Shown piece after piece: positions 20,961-32,060 of a DNA stretch of 64,000 bases. The DNA comes from Bacteroidota bacterium (GTDB taxonomy: Bacteria > Bacteroidota > Bacteroidia > NS11-12g > UBA955): the NCBI GenBank assembly GCA_947496065.1, contig CANMBF010000001.1, positions 70,018-134,017 on the forward strand. Reading direction: 5' to 3'. Both the position numbers and the translations under genes were made by a program. Position 1 is the first letter of the stretch. The number at the start of each line of letters is the position of its first letter. The notes under the pieces are model-generated. The model did no database searches and was not told the origin of the DNA. It worked only from the letters and a program-made list of their open reading frames with translations.

Positions 20961-22598
20961 TCAGCCCTTCCCTTTTTTACCTTTTATTGAAAGTCTAACC
21001 AATACAAGTTCCTTGCTTTTTCGTAGGCGACCCCAGGTGATAATAACATCAGGGCTAGACCTAACATAGCTATAAGGTGTCAAAAGAATATTTTGCTTCC
21101 ATGAATCTACTAATGGAGCCTTTGTAGGCTTTCCTTTGCTGTCAAGGGTGACATAACACAATCTATTTTTTCTTTTACCAATAAAAGGAAAGTAAAAGTT
21201 ATTGTTGTTCTTTTTAGCTACTTTTTTGGCAACGTAATTTTTTTCAGCATCATTGTATACATAAATTACTTTATCGCCTGTAAGCAATGAAAAATGCCCA
21301 TTATAGGTGTAATAGTTAACCAATACCTGGCTTTTGGGAATAACAAATGAACTTTGTAAGTCACCCTCTTTGCTGAGTGTAAATTCTAGAATTTGCATAT
21401 TGTAATAATAATAATTACAGCGTGTATTGCCGTTTTTATCAGTCGTACAAACCTCCCTCATATATTCCACTTGACTAATAATTTTTATACTACCATCTTC
21501 GTTAAAGAAGATGTTTCTTAATACTAAATTTGAAAAACCATAGCCATTTTCAGCATTTTTTTGTGCTTTTCTTTTAGCCCTCTCGGAGTTAGCGCCTGCT
21601 TGAAATAGTTTAATCATGGTTTTTTCATCGATAATATTAAATTTTAAAATATCAATGTCCCAAGTATTCGTATTCAATTTGAAATAATAAATACCGTTAA
21701 CACCCCCAGATTTTTTTCTTTTTGCACCCTTTACATCTCTATAAAAACCAGTTAATAAAACCGAATTAGCTGAATCATTATTAATAAAGGCTTGACACGA
21801 GCTTAGTGCATATCCTTTTTCTTTAATTTCAATTTCATCTAATTCTTCGTTATTTTCTGTGACACCAAAAAGTTTAAAAGTAAATTGACCTTTTAAATCA
21901 GGATTTTCTTTAATATCCTCTTTGGTAGGCCCCCAAAAGGCAACGATGGTAACGTGTCCGTCATTTGTCACCAATACTTCTTGAACGTTTATAGCTCTGT
22001 TTTTGTAAGGAAATGAAAGTTCTTTTTCGAAAATTTTATTGAGCTGGGCATCATAAAGCACCATTTCCATTTTCTCATTTTCATATTTTTTGCCAGCGGG
22101 CTCTCTAAAGATGAGAAGTTTGCTGTTATCATTGCTAAAAACAGTCATTAAGGATCCAATATTTTTCCTTTTTTTGGCATTGCTGCTCATTAAAACAATT
22201 TCTTTTTTAATGGTCTTATTTTTTCGATCTATGATTTTACCATAGATTTTATTTTCATCATTTTTCTTATCATAAAAACCATAAATGCTCGTGATTTTGT
22301 CGTCTATGTATAAACGTCTAACCCAATCTGCATCTTTTTTTCCTATCTCAGGGTAATCAACCTTAAAAGTACCTGTTTTCTTTAGGGTGTTGCTGTTGTA
22401 AGAGGTGATGATATTACCACCTTTGGCCCTATCAGAAATTAGAACTTCGTTCTCATTGCCGGCAATAAGTTGACTATAGTAGTTTTTTCTTTTTTTAGCT
22501 TCACTTGGAGGCGAATGCATACCCATTTGAAGCACAGGCTTTTGACTATGAACTGAGATTGCAAAAACCAATAAAAATCCTACGATAATTTTTTTCAT
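20961..22598 (-). CDS. Hypothetical secreted beta-rich protein
   Basis: Long ORF; the signal peptide MKKIIVGFLLVFAISVHS begins at ATG 22598. Confidence 0.7.
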   Translation of the reverse strand: MKKIIVGFLLVFAISVHSQKPVLQMGMHSPPSEAKKRKNYYSQLIAGNENEVLISDRAKGGNIITSYNSNTLKKTGTFKVDYPEIGKKDADWVRRLYIDDKITSIYGFYDKKNDENKIYGKIIDRKNKTIKKEIVLMSSNAKKRKNIGSLMTVFSNDNSKLLIFREPAGKKYENEKMEMVLYDAQLNKIFEKELSFPYKNRAINVQEVLVTNDGHVTIVAFWGPTKEDIKENPDLKGQFTFKLFGVTENNEELDEIEIKEKGYALSSCQAFINNDSANSVLLTGFYRDVKGAKRKKSGGVNGIYYFKLNTNTWDIDILKFNIIDEKTMIKLFQAGANSERAKRKAQKNAENGYGFSNLVLRNIFFNEDGSIKIISQVEYMREVCTTDKNGNTRCNYYYYNMQILEFTLSKEGDLQSSFVIPKSQVLVNYYTYNGHFSLLTGDKVIYVYNDAEKNYVAKKVAKKNNNNFYFPFIGKRKNRLCYVTLDSKGKPTKAPLVDSWKQNILLTPYSYVRSSPDVIITWGRLRKSKELVLVRLSIKGKKGKG

Positions 22599-22646
22599 AA
22601 ACGAACGCAATATTAACAAAAATATTAATAAATAAATCTATATCTT

Positions 22647-23258
22647 TTATAATAACTCAACTTTACTGATTCCACTCACTCTATACTCTTTACCACTTGG
22701 TTGCTCAAAGCATTGGTACCAACTTCTAAGTTTATTTCCTTTTTTAAATACCCTGCCAGTATCTAATTTGAACAAACTCCCGTGTGGAATTTGCTCAAGT
22801 AGTGCTTTTTGGTCCTTATCATAACGGGCTAGTACTTTCATTAGGTTTTTGTCGCTGCAACTGCTCGCTGCTGGATCGTGCATATAGTGTTTCAGAGCTG
22901 CCTGTATATCCTCTGGCAATTGATGATGGTGTACTATAGGGGCTAAAAGTTCTTTGAATTCATTTTTCCACTCTTTGCCATGAGAGAGTATGGTGTTTCT
23001 GTATTTTTCGAATGCTGTAAGGTGTGCTACTTCATGTAAGAAAGTTGTTAAAAAAGAGTAGGGATTCAAATCTTTATTAACCGTTATTCGGTGATAATTA
23101 TCTTGTCGATAGGGCGCTCTGTAATCACCAAATTTACTACTACGTGGCTTATTAAGTTTTAATTGCACCTTATATTTCACCATCAGTTCAACCGCATAGT
23201 CGGCAGTTCCTTCGGGCAAATGCACAGAAATTTTATTTGCTAATTCAGATTTTGTCAA
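22647..23258 (-). CDS. SprT-like zinc metalloprotease
   Basis: RSSKFGDYR, FLHEVAH (HExxH), HGKEWK. Confidence 0.88.
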   Translation of the reverse strand: MTKSELANKISVHLPEGTADYAVELMVKYKVQLKLNKPRSSKFGDYRAPYRQDNYHRITVNKDLNPYSFLTTFLHEVAHLTAFEKYRNTILSHGKEWKNEFKELLAPIVHHHQLPEDIQAALKHYMHDPAASSCSDKNLMKVLARYDKDQKALLEQIPHGSLFKLDTGRVFKKGNKLRSWYQCFEQPSGKEYRVSGISKVELL

Positions 23259-23354
23259 GGGGAAATTAATTAAAGCAAATTTTCATGGGAAGGTCTGGAT
23301 AAATTCATTCTAAAAGCAAAAATAAATATAGTAGGTGAAAAATTATTGGGTATT

Positions 23355-23930
23355 TTACTTCAACTTTTTAAACTCCTGAAAAATGAGTTCAACTTCGTTA
23401 TACCAAGGTGCTCCATATTTTCTTATGAGCGGTTCTTTGAGAAATCTGAAGGTGGGTACATTTAATTCGTTACCTAATGAGCATGCGGCTTTACATATAT
23501 TCCATTCATGATAATTGACTGCATCAAAATCGCCAATTTTATTAATTCTTATGGGATAAAGATGACAAGAAATAGGTTTATAATAGTTAGATTTACCTTC
23601 TTTAAAGGCCTTTTCCATAGCACAACCTAAAATGCCATTTTCTTTGTAAACAAACACACATTCGCCAGTAGGTAAACAAGTAGTGGCAAAATCTTCAATC
23701 TCTTCGCCTTCATGAAAACTCTCTGACTCTAAAAGCGCTATCCCCTCATCTGTCATATAATGGCGAATGGCATTTAAATTAGCATCAATTTTCGCAATTT
23801 CATCTTTTTCAAGAGGTGCGCCCCTATCACCTTCAATGCAACATGCGCCCTTGCATTTTTCTAAATTGCAAACAAAATTGACTGAAAATATTTCGGAAGA
23901 AATTAAAGTATTGTCAACTTCAATTATCAT
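23355..23930 (-). CDS. DUF3109 family Cys-rich protein
   Basis: [33 protein letters not shown]. Confidence 0.88.
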   Translation of the reverse strand: MIIEVDNTLISSEIFSVNFVCNLEKCKGACCIEGDRGAPLEKDEIAKIDANLNAIRHYMTDEGIALLESESFHEGEEIEDFATTCLPTGECVFVYKENGILGCAMEKAFKEGKSNYYKPISCHLYPIRINKIGDFDAVNYHEWNICKAACSLGNELNVPTFRFLKEPLIRKYGAPWYNEVELIFQEFKKLK

Positions 23931-24439
23931 TTTTGATTCAGGTATTTGATATAACCTTTGCTCTTTAAATCATTGGCTTTTGCCAGCACTGTTAACTCTA
24001 AATTCTTACTATATTTAATAATGGCCTTTTGGATAATAGGGTTTGAAAGTGCAAGAATTTTAGCTGCAAACAAACCAGCATTTTTTGCACCATTGATAGC
24101 CATTGTCCCAACAGGAATACCAGGCGGCATTTGAACGATACTGTATAATGAATCCATTCCTGATAAGTTAGAGGATTTAATGGGTACACCGATCACTGGT
24201 AAATCTGTCATACTAGCGGTCATTCCGGGTAAATGAGCGGCACCACCTGCACCTGCAATAATGCATTTAAATCCTTTTTTATTGGCATTTTTGGCCACTT
24301 CAAACATTCTTTCGGAGGTGCGATGTGCACTCACAATGGCAAGGTCATAGGTAATACCTAATTCATCTAAAATTTCAGCAGCTTCTTTCATCACTGGTAA
24401 ATCGCTGTCAGAGCCCATTATTATTAATACATCTTTCAT
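23927..24439 (-). CDS. purE: N5-CAIR mutase
   Basis: [37 protein letters not shown]. Confidence 0.97.
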   Translation of the reverse strand: MKDVLIIMGSDSDLPVMKEAAEILDELGITYDLAIVSAHRTSERMFEVAKNANKKGFKCIIAGAGGAAHLPGMTASMTDLPVIGVPIKSSNLSGMDSLYSIVQMPPGIPVGTMAINGAKNAGLFAAKILALSNPIIQKAIIKYSKNLELTVLAKANDLKSKGYIKYLNQK

Positions 24440-24492
24440 TTTGTGTTGGCTAAAATCCTTTCAAAAATAGAATAAAAATCTTGAAATAAAAC

Positions 24493-25647
24493 TTAAAGTT
24501 GTTTCATTCCCAAATTCTGTTTTACAACTGCAGCTTTTTTCTTCACTTCTTCTAAAGTTTCTCCCATGATGGTAATATGTCCCATTTTTCTTTTTGGTTT
24601 TGTGTTTGCTTTGTTGTACAAATGAACATAAACACCTTCAATCGCTAAAATATTATCTAAACCCGTAATTTCATACTCTCCATTAACCCCATCAAAACCA
24701 AGCAAGTTTATCATGGCAGCTGGTTGAATTAATTGGGTATTTCCCAAGGGCATGCCTAATAAAATCCTATTCAATTGTTCATATTGGCTGGTATAACAGG
24801 CTTCAATGGTATGGTGCCCACTGTTGTGTGGACGTGGCGCTATTTCATTCACAAAAATTGATGCATTTTCATCTAAAAACATTTCGACAGCAAAAATGCC
24901 AACACCATTTAGTTTAATAATGGCATCCATTGCAATTCTTTTTACTTTTTCTTCAATTTCTAATGCAATATTCGCTGGCGAAATGAGAAACTCTACTAAA
25001 TTTGCTTTGGCATCAAATTCCATTTCAACTACTGGAAATGTTGTGATTTCTCCCTTTTCATTTCTTGCAACGATAACGGCTAATTCGATTGCATTTTTTA
25101 CGAATTCCTCTAAAACAACAGGCTCATTAAAAGGAATTTGATTGCTATTTTCTAGCATTATGTGTTTGTCTACCAATTCAACACCTTTACCATCGTAACC
25201 CCCTTTTCGCAGCTTTGCAGCAATTCTTTCGCCAGTTAATTTTAATAATTTATCAGACCATTCACTTGCATTTTCTACCAATTCAAAATCTGTTGTTGGA
25301 ATGCCATGGTGTTGGAAAAATAATTTCTGTAGTCCCTTGTCTTGAATAATTTCAAGGATTTTTGGTGAAGGTATTATTTTTTTGCCTTGTGCCTCTAATT
25401 CATGCAGCGCTTCAATGTTTATGTGTTCAATTTCATAGGTAATAACATCGCAATTTGAAGCCAATTCTTTTATCTTACTAGCATCAGATAATTCACCAAT
25501 AATATGTTGATTGGCAATATCGGCCGCAGGTGCAGAAGCGGTTTCTAGTATGGTATAATTAATATTCCATGGCTGACCAGCTTCAATTAGCATTTTTCCT
25601 AATTGCCCACCACCTATAACACCTATTTTTATTTTTGAAGGTAACAT
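24493..25647 (-). CDS. purK: N5-CAIR synthetase
   Basis: GGGQLGKM, GGYDGKG, NEIAPRPHNSGH, RKMGH. Confidence 0.96.
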   Translation of the reverse strand: MLPSKIKIGVIGGGQLGKMLIEAGQPWNINYTILETASAPAADIANQHIIGELSDASKIKELASNCDVITYEIEHINIEALHELEAQGKKIIPSPKILEIIQDKGLQKLFFQHHGIPTTDFELVENASEWSDKLLKLTGERIAAKLRKGGYDGKGVELVDKHIMLENSNQIPFNEPVVLEEFVKNAIELAVIVARNEKGEITTFPVVEMEFDAKANLVEFLISPANIALEIEEKVKRIAMDAIIKLNGVGIFAVEMFLDENASIFVNEIAPRPHNSGHHTIEACYTSQYEQLNRILLGMPLGNTQLIQPAAMINLLGFDGVNGEYEITGLDNILAIEGVYVHLYNKANTKPKRKMGHITIMGETLEEVKKKAAVVKQNLGMKQL

Positions 25648-25671
25648 GATTTTACGTTTGGCAAAAGTAAC

Positions 25672-27138
25672 TCAATACATTCTTTTTTGAATGTAATAAA
25701 TATAATTTTTTCCATAGATATTTATAAAAGAATCGCATTTTACAAAGGCGCAATGATCTATTAATTTTTTAATAGTATTGTCTTCAACCATATTTTCCCT
25801 ACTAAAGATTTTATTAGTATTTGGTAGATCTGTATAAATGGTATTCCCCTTTTTTAGTAAACTATCCACTAATGAAATGGTAACATTTTTTGGATTAAGC
25901 AACTGGTCATTAAACTTGTTAAAGCCATTAAAATAAGTCAATTGGTTTTCTACCAAAGGTTTATTCTTCCATAATCCATAGGCCCTACTGTATTTTTCAC
26001 TAAATGCAACTTGCGTATCAACTCGGCTAATAGTTAGCTTTGCGTTTGGAATAATGGCAAAAGCCAAGTTCCAAATAAGTAAAGAAAGGGCGAGATATCT
26101 GATAAAAACGAAACCCTGAAGCTGATAGGCGCTTGCAAAATAAAGCACCAATAAAAAGGGCAACATAACCATAAATTCAGCATTCCCAGAGGAGATAAGT
26201 GCAAAGAGAATTTGTAAAAAAATGGTTAATAAGAAAACAAATTTATAAGGGCGCAACTGCAGTGGTTTAATTGTTTTAAAATTCAAGTTTTTTAAAGCTA
26301 AAAATACAGCAATTAAAAACAAAATGAATGAAGTACTTGCGATTAATGGGTAGGATTTAAATAATACAAGGATATTTCCATGTACTTGTAAGAAGGTCCT
26401 AAATAGATTGATTAAAGTAAGCAAAAGTGACTTTCCAGATAAGTCGATACCCGCATTTCCTTTACCAAATTCACCTGCCACAAATTGTAGGAATGATAGA
26501 TGATAATTGGCATTGTTAAATGCGATCCAATATACAAGGGGAACAAGCAATAGTGGGGATGAGAATAAAAGGAGACCCTTGTAGTTTTTAGATTTACCAA
26601 TAAAAAAGGATACTGATATTGCCATTGCCCACCAAAGATGTACTTGATGGAAAAGAATAGCTATAGCGGCTAAAACACCTGCGAAAATTAGTTGACTTGG
26701 TTTGCTGTGATTGATGAATAATAGGGTTGAACCAAGAGAAAAAACGATGGGCAAGATATAGGTTTCGGCATCAGTAGCGTATCGCATAACACCAAATGAT
26801 ACACCACAAAGCAAACTAAGCCAGGTTGCGGCGGTTGTGTTAACGTTTAACTTAATAAGGCAATGATAAACCAAATAGAGGCATGTTACGGATGCAAAAG
26901 CATTCATTATATTCAAAGCATATATAGCCTCAATATTGACATCCATTGCCTTTAATAGAGAAAACCAATAATATCCAAAATAATTATAAAGAAGATGATG
27001 GCTATTAAGTAATTCAGTTTTAAATTTAACACATGCACTGTAATACCATGAATCTACCATGGCATTTTGTGTTTGAAATAGCATGTAAATTATGCCAAGT
27101 GAAAGAAATGCAATATGTTTAAAAAAAGGTTTTAACAA
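25672..27138 (-). CDS. Polytopic membrane protein (possible GT-C fold)
   Basis: Many TM segments, DSWYYS and HHLLYN loop motifs. Start moved to TTG 27138 because the track start (27159) lies upstream of the TACGTTTG box at 27147-27154 and within the SOD terminator tail. Confidence 0.6.
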   Translation of the reverse strand: MLKPFFKHIAFLSLGIIYMLFQTQNAMVDSWYYSACVKFKTELLNSHHLLYNYFGYYWFSLLKAMDVNIEAIYALNIMNAFASVTCLYLVYHCLIKLNVNTTAATWLSLLCGVSFGVMRYATDAETYILPIVFSLGSTLLFINHSKPSQLIFAGVLAAIAILFHQVHLWWAMAISVSFFIGKSKNYKGLLLFSSPLLLVPLVYWIAFNNANYHLSFLQFVAGEFGKGNAGIDLSGKSLLLTLINLFRTFLQVHGNILVLFKSYPLIASTSFILFLIAVFLALKNLNFKTIKPLQLRPYKFVFLLTIFLQILFALISSGNAEFMVMLPFLLVLYFASAYQLQGFVFIRYLALSLLIWNLAFAIIPNAKLTISRVDTQVAFSEKYSRAYGLWKNKPLVENQLTYFNGFNKFNDQLLNPKNVTISLVDSLLKKGNTIYTDLPNTNKIFSRENMVEDNTIKKLIDHCAFVKCDSFINIYGKNYIYYIQKRMY

Positions 27139-27157
27139 AGGCTTTTCAAACGTACAC

Positions 27158-27189
27158 AAAAAAAGCTACACCGTAAATGGTGTAGCTTT
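27158..27189 (-). terminator. Intrinsic terminator after SOD
   Basis: AAAGCTACACC-GTAAAT-GGTGTAGCTTT stem-loop followed by a U run on the minus strand. Confidence 0.85.
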
Positions 27190-27208
27190 AAAATTATTTG
27201 ATTTATTA

Positions 27209-27817
27209 TTAAAGTGCAGCGTTATATCGATTGCTAACCTCTTCCCAATTAATAATATTGAAGAAAGCAGAAATATAATCTGGTCTGCGGTTCTGATAAT
27301 GTAAGTAGTAAGCATGTTCCCAAACATCCAATCCTAGGATAGGTGTTCCACAAGTAACACCTTCAAGGTCCATTAATGGATTGTCTTGATTGGGGGTACT
27401 GCAAATACACAACTTACCATCTTTTACACATAACCAAGCCCAACCACTTCCAAAACGGGTTGTAGCAGCCTTGCTAAATTCTTCTTTAAATTTATCAAAA
27501 CCACCCAAATCATTGTTAATTGCATCTGATAATGCACCAGTTGGTAAACCGCCACCGTTTGGACTAATTACCTTCCAAAACATACTGTGATTATAGTGAC
27601 CACCGCCATTATTTCTTACCGCCATTGGGTATTTGCTGATATTCTTACAAATATCTTCAATACGCATATTTTCTAATTCTGTACCTGCAGCAGCAGCATT
27701 TAGATTGGTAACATAAGCATTGTGGTGCTTACCATGGTGTATTTCCATTGTTCTTGCATCGATATGCGGCTCTAGAGCGGCAGGTGCATAGGTTAGTTCT
27801 GGGAGTGTAAAAGCCAT
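27209..27817 (-). CDS. sodA: Mn/Fe superoxide dismutase
   Basis: [31 protein letters not shown]; the GGG motif suggests Mn type. Confidence 0.95.
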   Translation of the reverse strand: MAFTLPELTYAPAALEPHIDARTMEIHHGKHHNAYVTNLNAAAAGTELENMRIEDICKNISKYPMAVRNNGGGHYNHSMFWKVISPNGGGLPTGALSDAINNDLGGFDKFKEEFSKAATTRFGSGWAWLCVKDGKLCICSTPNQDNPLMDLEGVTCGTPILGLDVWEHAYYLHYQNRRPDYISAFFNIINWEEVSNRYNAAL

Positions 27818-27827
27818 TTTTTTATAT

Positions 27828-28979
27828 TTAAATTTTTGAAAAGTCGATGTTGTAAATAAAAGAGTATGAAGTCTTAATTTTTCTATTGTAAGCTATCGCT
27901 GGTTTGAATCTTGGAAAGTCATCAATTGCAGCATTAATATTTTCTACCATTTCCCAAGTATCCTCATAAGAATCATCTTCAAGATCTGGCATAACCCATT
28001 CTCTATCCGTGATATTTCCTTTTTCGTCTATTTTTAATGTAATAAAACCAAAGAATTTATATTTAGCCTTTTTAACACCTGGTAAATCAAGTTTCTTGCC
28101 CAATTGTTTACCAATTAAGCTATACATTGCTTCAGATCCACCTGTGTATTCAACAGATTCAACAAGATCGTCTTTGTATATTTTACCACTTTGTTTTACA
28201 CCCTCTTCGTTAAAGAAATTACCATTTAAAAATTTGCCATTTTTGTATTCAACTTTACAAGAGGTTTTACCGTTTTCATGAAACCATTCCCAATTGGCAT
28301 TGCGTTTGTTATCATCATATTCTCCTTTGGCAGCAAGGTTTCCATTCTCCCAATACTCTTCATAGGGTCCAAACAAACTGTCTTTTTCGTATTTTCCTTT
28401 TTCTTTTAGCTTTCCAATTTTAAAGTATTCAGAATATACACCATCCTTTTTTCCTTTGCTGTAATTGTATTCTTCCTCTTTCTCACCATTATCAAAAAAG
28501 AAAGTCCAAGTGCCATCTTTTTCATCTTTAAGCCAAACGCCTTTACTTTTTAATTTACCATTTTTATGGAAATATTGCCATTCGCCTTCTTTATCACCTT
28601 TTTCGAAACTACCACCAGATTTTTTGGCTCCTTCTTTATAGTAATAAGTCCATTCTCCAACATTTTTTCCAGCTTTATATTCACCTTCCATCGATTTTTT
28701 ACCGTTGCGATAATAATATACGAATGGCCCAGTTCTATCAACATCAGCTAACTTACTGCTTGTGTATTTGCCTTCCATTTGTAGTTGGTTTTCTGGCAAG
28801 AAATAATCTTGTACCAAAAATTTTGAACCTTCTGGAGTAATAATGCGGTAATAGGAAGCCTTTTTCTCTTTTGTTTTCTGCCAATTTTTATCAAAAAATA
28901 TTTTTTTCTGAGCCACCATGTTGTTTGGTAATGCTAAATAGACAGTTACCAAAAGTAACAGTTTGAATAATAATTTCAT
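27828..28979 (-). CDS. MORN-variant (YwqK-like) repeat protein with TonB-C-terminal-like domain
   Basis: Signal peptide from MKLLFK; repeated GxWxYYxxNGxxxxxGxY units; C-terminal YTGG...KIDEKGNI...FKPA. Confidence 0.75.
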   Translation of the reverse strand: MKLLFKLLLLVTVYLALPNNMVAQKKIFFDKNWQKTKEKKASYYRIITPEGSKFLVQDYFLPENQLQMEGKYTSSKLADVDRTGPFVYYYRNGKKSMEGEYKAGKNVGEWTYYYKEGAKKSGGSFEKGDKEGEWQYFHKNGKLKSKGVWLKDEKDGTWTFFFDNGEKEEEYNYSKGKKDGVYSEYFKIGKLKEKGKYEKDSLFGPYEEYWENGNLAAKGEYDDNKRNANWEWFHENGKTSCKVEYKNGKFLNGNFFNEEGVKQSGKIYKDDLVESVEYTGGSEAMYSLIGKQLGKKLDLPGVKKAKYKFFGFITLKIDEKGNITDREWVMPDLEDDSYEDTWEMVENINAAIDDFPRFKPAIAYNRKIKTSYSFIYNIDFSKI

Positions 28980-29095
28980 AAAAGTTAAATAAAAGCAAAG
29001 ATATATTTTTTGTATAATTTTCATTCAAAAAAAGAATTTTATTTTAATAGGACACGGTTATGCTAAATATCATAATTTTCAACCTGTATTTTTCA

Positions 29096-29103
29096 TATTT
29101 TTG
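29096..29103 (+). promoter_or_regulatory. -7 promoter box TATTTTTG
   Basis: TAnnTTTG match 5 nt before GTG 29109. Confidence 0.55.
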
Positions 29104-29108
29104 CACTT

Positions 29109-30134
29109 GTGATACTTCATAATAAAATAAACGGAGAAGAATTAAAGCAAAAGTTATTGAGCAATAACGAGCCAAGAACGACCATATCTTTTTATAAATA
29201 TCACCATATTTTAGATCCTCAAAAGTTTAGAGACAGCATGTTTATCAACTTTACCAAGCTTGAAGTTTTAGGAAGAATATATGTGGCATCGGAAGGAATT
29301 AATGCTCAAATTTCTGTACCCACTCACAATTATGAATTATTGACACAAGCAATTGATAGCATCGATTTTTTAAATGGTATTCGACTCAATATGGCAGTTG
29401 ATGACAATGGCAAATCTTTTTTTAAATTGGCGATTAAGGTAAAGAACAAAATTGTGGCCGATGGTATACAAGACAAAACCTTTGATGTTACTAAAATAGG
29501 CAAACATTTAAAGGCTGAGGAATACAATGATTTATTGAATAGCAAGGAAGTATTAGTAGTTGATATGCGCAACCATTACGAGAGTGAGGTTGGTCATTTT
29601 GAAAATGCCATTTTGCCCGATGTGGATACATTCAGAGAACAATTGCCTTTCGTTGCTAATATGCTTGCAGATAAGAAGGACCAACCGATTGTGATGTATT
29701 GTACTGGGGGAATCAGATGTGAAAAGGCAAGCGCCTATATGTTGCACAAGGGATTTAAGGAGGTTTATCAATTAGAAGGTGGAATTATAGAATATGCAAG
29801 GCAAGTAAAAGCGAAGGGTTTAGAGAACAAATTTCATGGTAAAAACTTTGTATTCGATGAGCGTCTAAGCGAAAGTATATCAGAGGAAGTCATTGCCAAA
29901 TGCCATCAATGTGGTGAGTCTTTTGATGTTCACACGAATTGTGCCAACGTTGCTTGCAATCTATTGTTTATTCAATGCCCAAGCTGTAAGGGAAAATATA
30001 ATAACTGTTGCAGCGAAGAATGCAAAACCATCGCAGCATTGCCAGAGGAAGAGCAAAAATTGTTGCGCAAAGGCAAAAATTTTGGAAGATTGGTATTTAA
30101 GAAGGGCCGTAAACTTAAAACGCTTAGTTCTTAA
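29109..30134 (+). CDS. trhO: tRNA uridine(34) hydroxylase, YceA/TrhO rhodanese family
   Basis: GRIYVASEGINAQ, DMRNHYESEVGHF, MYCTGGIRCEKA, FVFDER, Cys-rich tail. Confidence 0.93.
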   Translation: MILHNKINGEELKQKLLSNNEPRTTISFYKYHHILDPQKFRDSMFINFTKLEVLGRIYVASEGINAQISVPTHNYELLTQAIDSIDFLNGIRLNMAVDDNGKSFFKLAIKVKNKIVADGIQDKTFDVTKIGKHLKAEEYNDLLNSKEVLVVDMRNHYESEVGHFENAILPDVDTFREQLPFVANMLADKKDQPIVMYCTGGIRCEKASAYMLHKGFKEVYQLEGGIIEYARQVKAKGLENKFHGKNFVFDERLSESISEEVIAKCHQCGESFDVHTNCANVACNLLFIQCPSCKGKYNNCCSEECKTIAALPEEEQKLLRKGKNFGRLVFKKGRKLKTLSS

Positions 30135-30324
30135 TTGCTATTAAAAATAAAAGTCTTCAAACTGTCAAATTTTTGTTTTTAAGACAGTTAATTAATTTGA
30201 ATTAGAAATCACTTTTTATTCAGGGGTTTCATAAATGCAATACAATTGATAATAGCATCTATTTTATAGCCATTGAAAATGAAGGCTATCAATATTGGGC
30301 AAAAGTAGTAAAGACTAAATAAGC

Positions 30325-32052
30325 TTACATTTTACTTTTCAGTTTCATTAAGAAACCAACTTCGCCTTGGGTTAAATGGCGCCATTTACCTCTTGGTAGG
30401 TCTTTCTTAGTAAAAATACCAAAGCTTACTCTATCAAGCTTCTCCACTTCAAATCCAAGGTGCTCGAACATTCTTCTTACAATACGGTTTCTACCACTGT
30501 GAATTTCAATTCCAATATGTCTTTTGTCTTCTGATTCGACAAATGCTACACCATCTGCATGGGCTTCGCCATCTTCAAGTTCAATGCCACTTACCAATTT
30601 ATCTAAATCGGCACTGGTGGCTTTTTTGTCCAATTCAACTTGGTATATTTTTTTTATTTCAAAGCTAGGGTGTGTAAGCGCTTGGGTTACTTCACCATCA
30701 TTGGTTAACAATAAAACACCAGTCGTATTTCTATCTAAACGCCCAACTGGGAAAATACGCTGCTCAATCTTATCGGCTACCAAATCCATCACTGTTTTTC
30801 TGCCTTTATCATCTTCTGTAGTGGTTAAAAAATCTTTTGGCTTATTCATTATGATATAGACGAATGGTTCTGGCAATATTTTTTTGCCTTCATAACAAAC
30901 GGTATCTGTTAATTTAACGCGGTGGCCCATTTCGGTAATTACTTTACCATTCACTGTTACAGTGCCTTTTGAAATTAATTCATCGGCTTCTCTTCGGCTG
31001 CAAACACCTGAATTGGCAACATATTTATTGAGTCTGATATCCTCTTTTGCATGGGTATCGCCTGTTAATTCTTTTTTTCTTTCACTAAAGGTTTTCTTAG
31101 GCGCATCGGCATATGATTTTTTAACTTTTATTTCTGGATCGTAGCTTGGGCGAAATGGTTTTTTAGTACCATCTTTTTTATCAAATGGACTGCCAGTTTC
31201 TCTTTTTTCATAAGGTCTAGCAGGTCGGTCGTTAAAATCATTACTGTCTCTTTTCTCATAAGATCTTACTGGCTTATCGAATCCAGCACCATCCCTTTTT
31301 TCATAAGGTTTTTTGGGTCTATCATTAAAGCCAGCGCTGTCGCGTTTTTCGTATGGACGTTTGCCACCATCGCCAAAGCCAGCGCCATCCCTTTTCTCAT
31401 AAGGGCGTTTTGCGCGGTCGTTAAATCCAGCATTGTCTCTTTTTTCGTAAGGTTTTTTGGTTCCATCCCCAAAGCCAGCGCCATCTCTTTTCTCATAAGG
31501 GCGTTTTGCACGGTCGTTAAATCCAGCATTGTCTCTTTTTTCGTAAGGTCTTTTAGAAGCATCCCCAAAGCTAGCATTGTCTCTTTTCTCGTATGGTCGC
31601 TTTGGTTTATCACCAAAGTTACTGCTTGTTTTTCTTTCGTATGGATTTTTTGGACGGTCGCTATAACCAGCGCCATCTCTTTTCTCATACGGACTTTTTG
31701 GTTTGTCACCAAAGCTACCAGTATCTTTTCTTTCGTAGGTTTTCTTTGGGCGATCGCCAAAGTCAGCATTATCTCTTTTCTCGTAAGGTCTTTTGGGTTT
31801 ATCTCCGAAACCACCTGTGTCTTTTCTTTCGTAAGGTCTTTTTGGTCCAGAACCTGCGCCATCTCTGTTGTATGACTTACCTGGAGGTGGGGCTAAAAAG
31901 CGAGGAGGTGCCAGCTCGTCCTTATCATTTGGATTGTATCGCTCAGAAGGGGTTTCGCTATTAGAATCATAACGCTTCTTGCGGTCTGTATCCGGTTTCG
32001 AATAATTTTTTTTGAACGGTTTATCGTTCTTATTATCTCTATTATATGGCAT
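30325..32052 (-). CDS. rluB: RluB/RsuA-family rRNA pseudouridine synthase with long repetitive N-terminal extension
   Basis: S4 domain RLNKYVANSGVCSRREAD, catalytic GRLD, HSGRNRIVRRMF. Confidence 0.88.
   Translation of the reverse strand: MPYNRDNKNDKPFKKNYSKPDTDRKKRYDSNSETPSERYNPNDKDELAPPRFLAPPPGKSYNRDGAGSGPKRPYERKDTGGFGDKPKRPYEKRDNADFGDRPKKTYERKDTGSFGDKPKSPYEKRDGAGYSDRPKNPYERKTSSNFGDKPKRPYEKRDNASFGDASKRPYEKRDNAGFNDRAKRPYEKRDGAGFGDGTKKPYEKRDNAGFNDRAKRPYEKRDGAGFGDGGKRPYEKRDSAGFNDRPKKPYEKRDGAGFDKPVRSYEKRDSNDFNDRPARPYEKRETGSPFDKKDGTKKPFRPSYDPEIKVKKSYADAPKKTFSERKKELTGDTHAKEDIRLNKYVANSGVCSRREADELISKGTVTVNGKVITEMGHRVKLTDTVCYEGKKILPEPFVYIIMNKPKDFLTTTEDDKGRKTVMDLVADKIEQRIFPVGRLDRNTTGVLLLTNDGEVTQALTHPSFEIKKIYQVELDKKATSADLDKLVSGIELEDGEAHADGVAFVESEDKRHIGIEIHSGRNRIVRRMFEHLGFEVEKLDRVSFGIFTKKDLPRGKWRHLTQGEVGFLMKLKSKM
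31180..31848 (-). repeat. 14 in-frame tandem repeats of about 48 bp (16 aa, xxKRPYEKRDxxGFxD)
   Basis: Counted directly in the translation, aa 69-291; one unit is 15 aa. Confidence 0.92.
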
Positions 32053-32060
32053 AACTACTG

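Noticed and set aside
27828..28979. YwqK-type toxin-antitoxin antitoxin
   Set aside because: Signal peptide and TonB-like tail, no adjacent toxin; similarity reflects generic MORN-variant repeats.
31180..31848. Periodic 48-bp repeats as a CRISPR array
   Set aside because: Repeats are in-frame, vary at synonymous positions, have no unique spacers and no cas genes nearby; they are coding repeats of rluB.
31266..31964. Alternative-frame ORFs 31266..31862 (-) and 31593..31964 (+)
   Set aside because: By-products of the stop-poor tandem repeat inside rluB.
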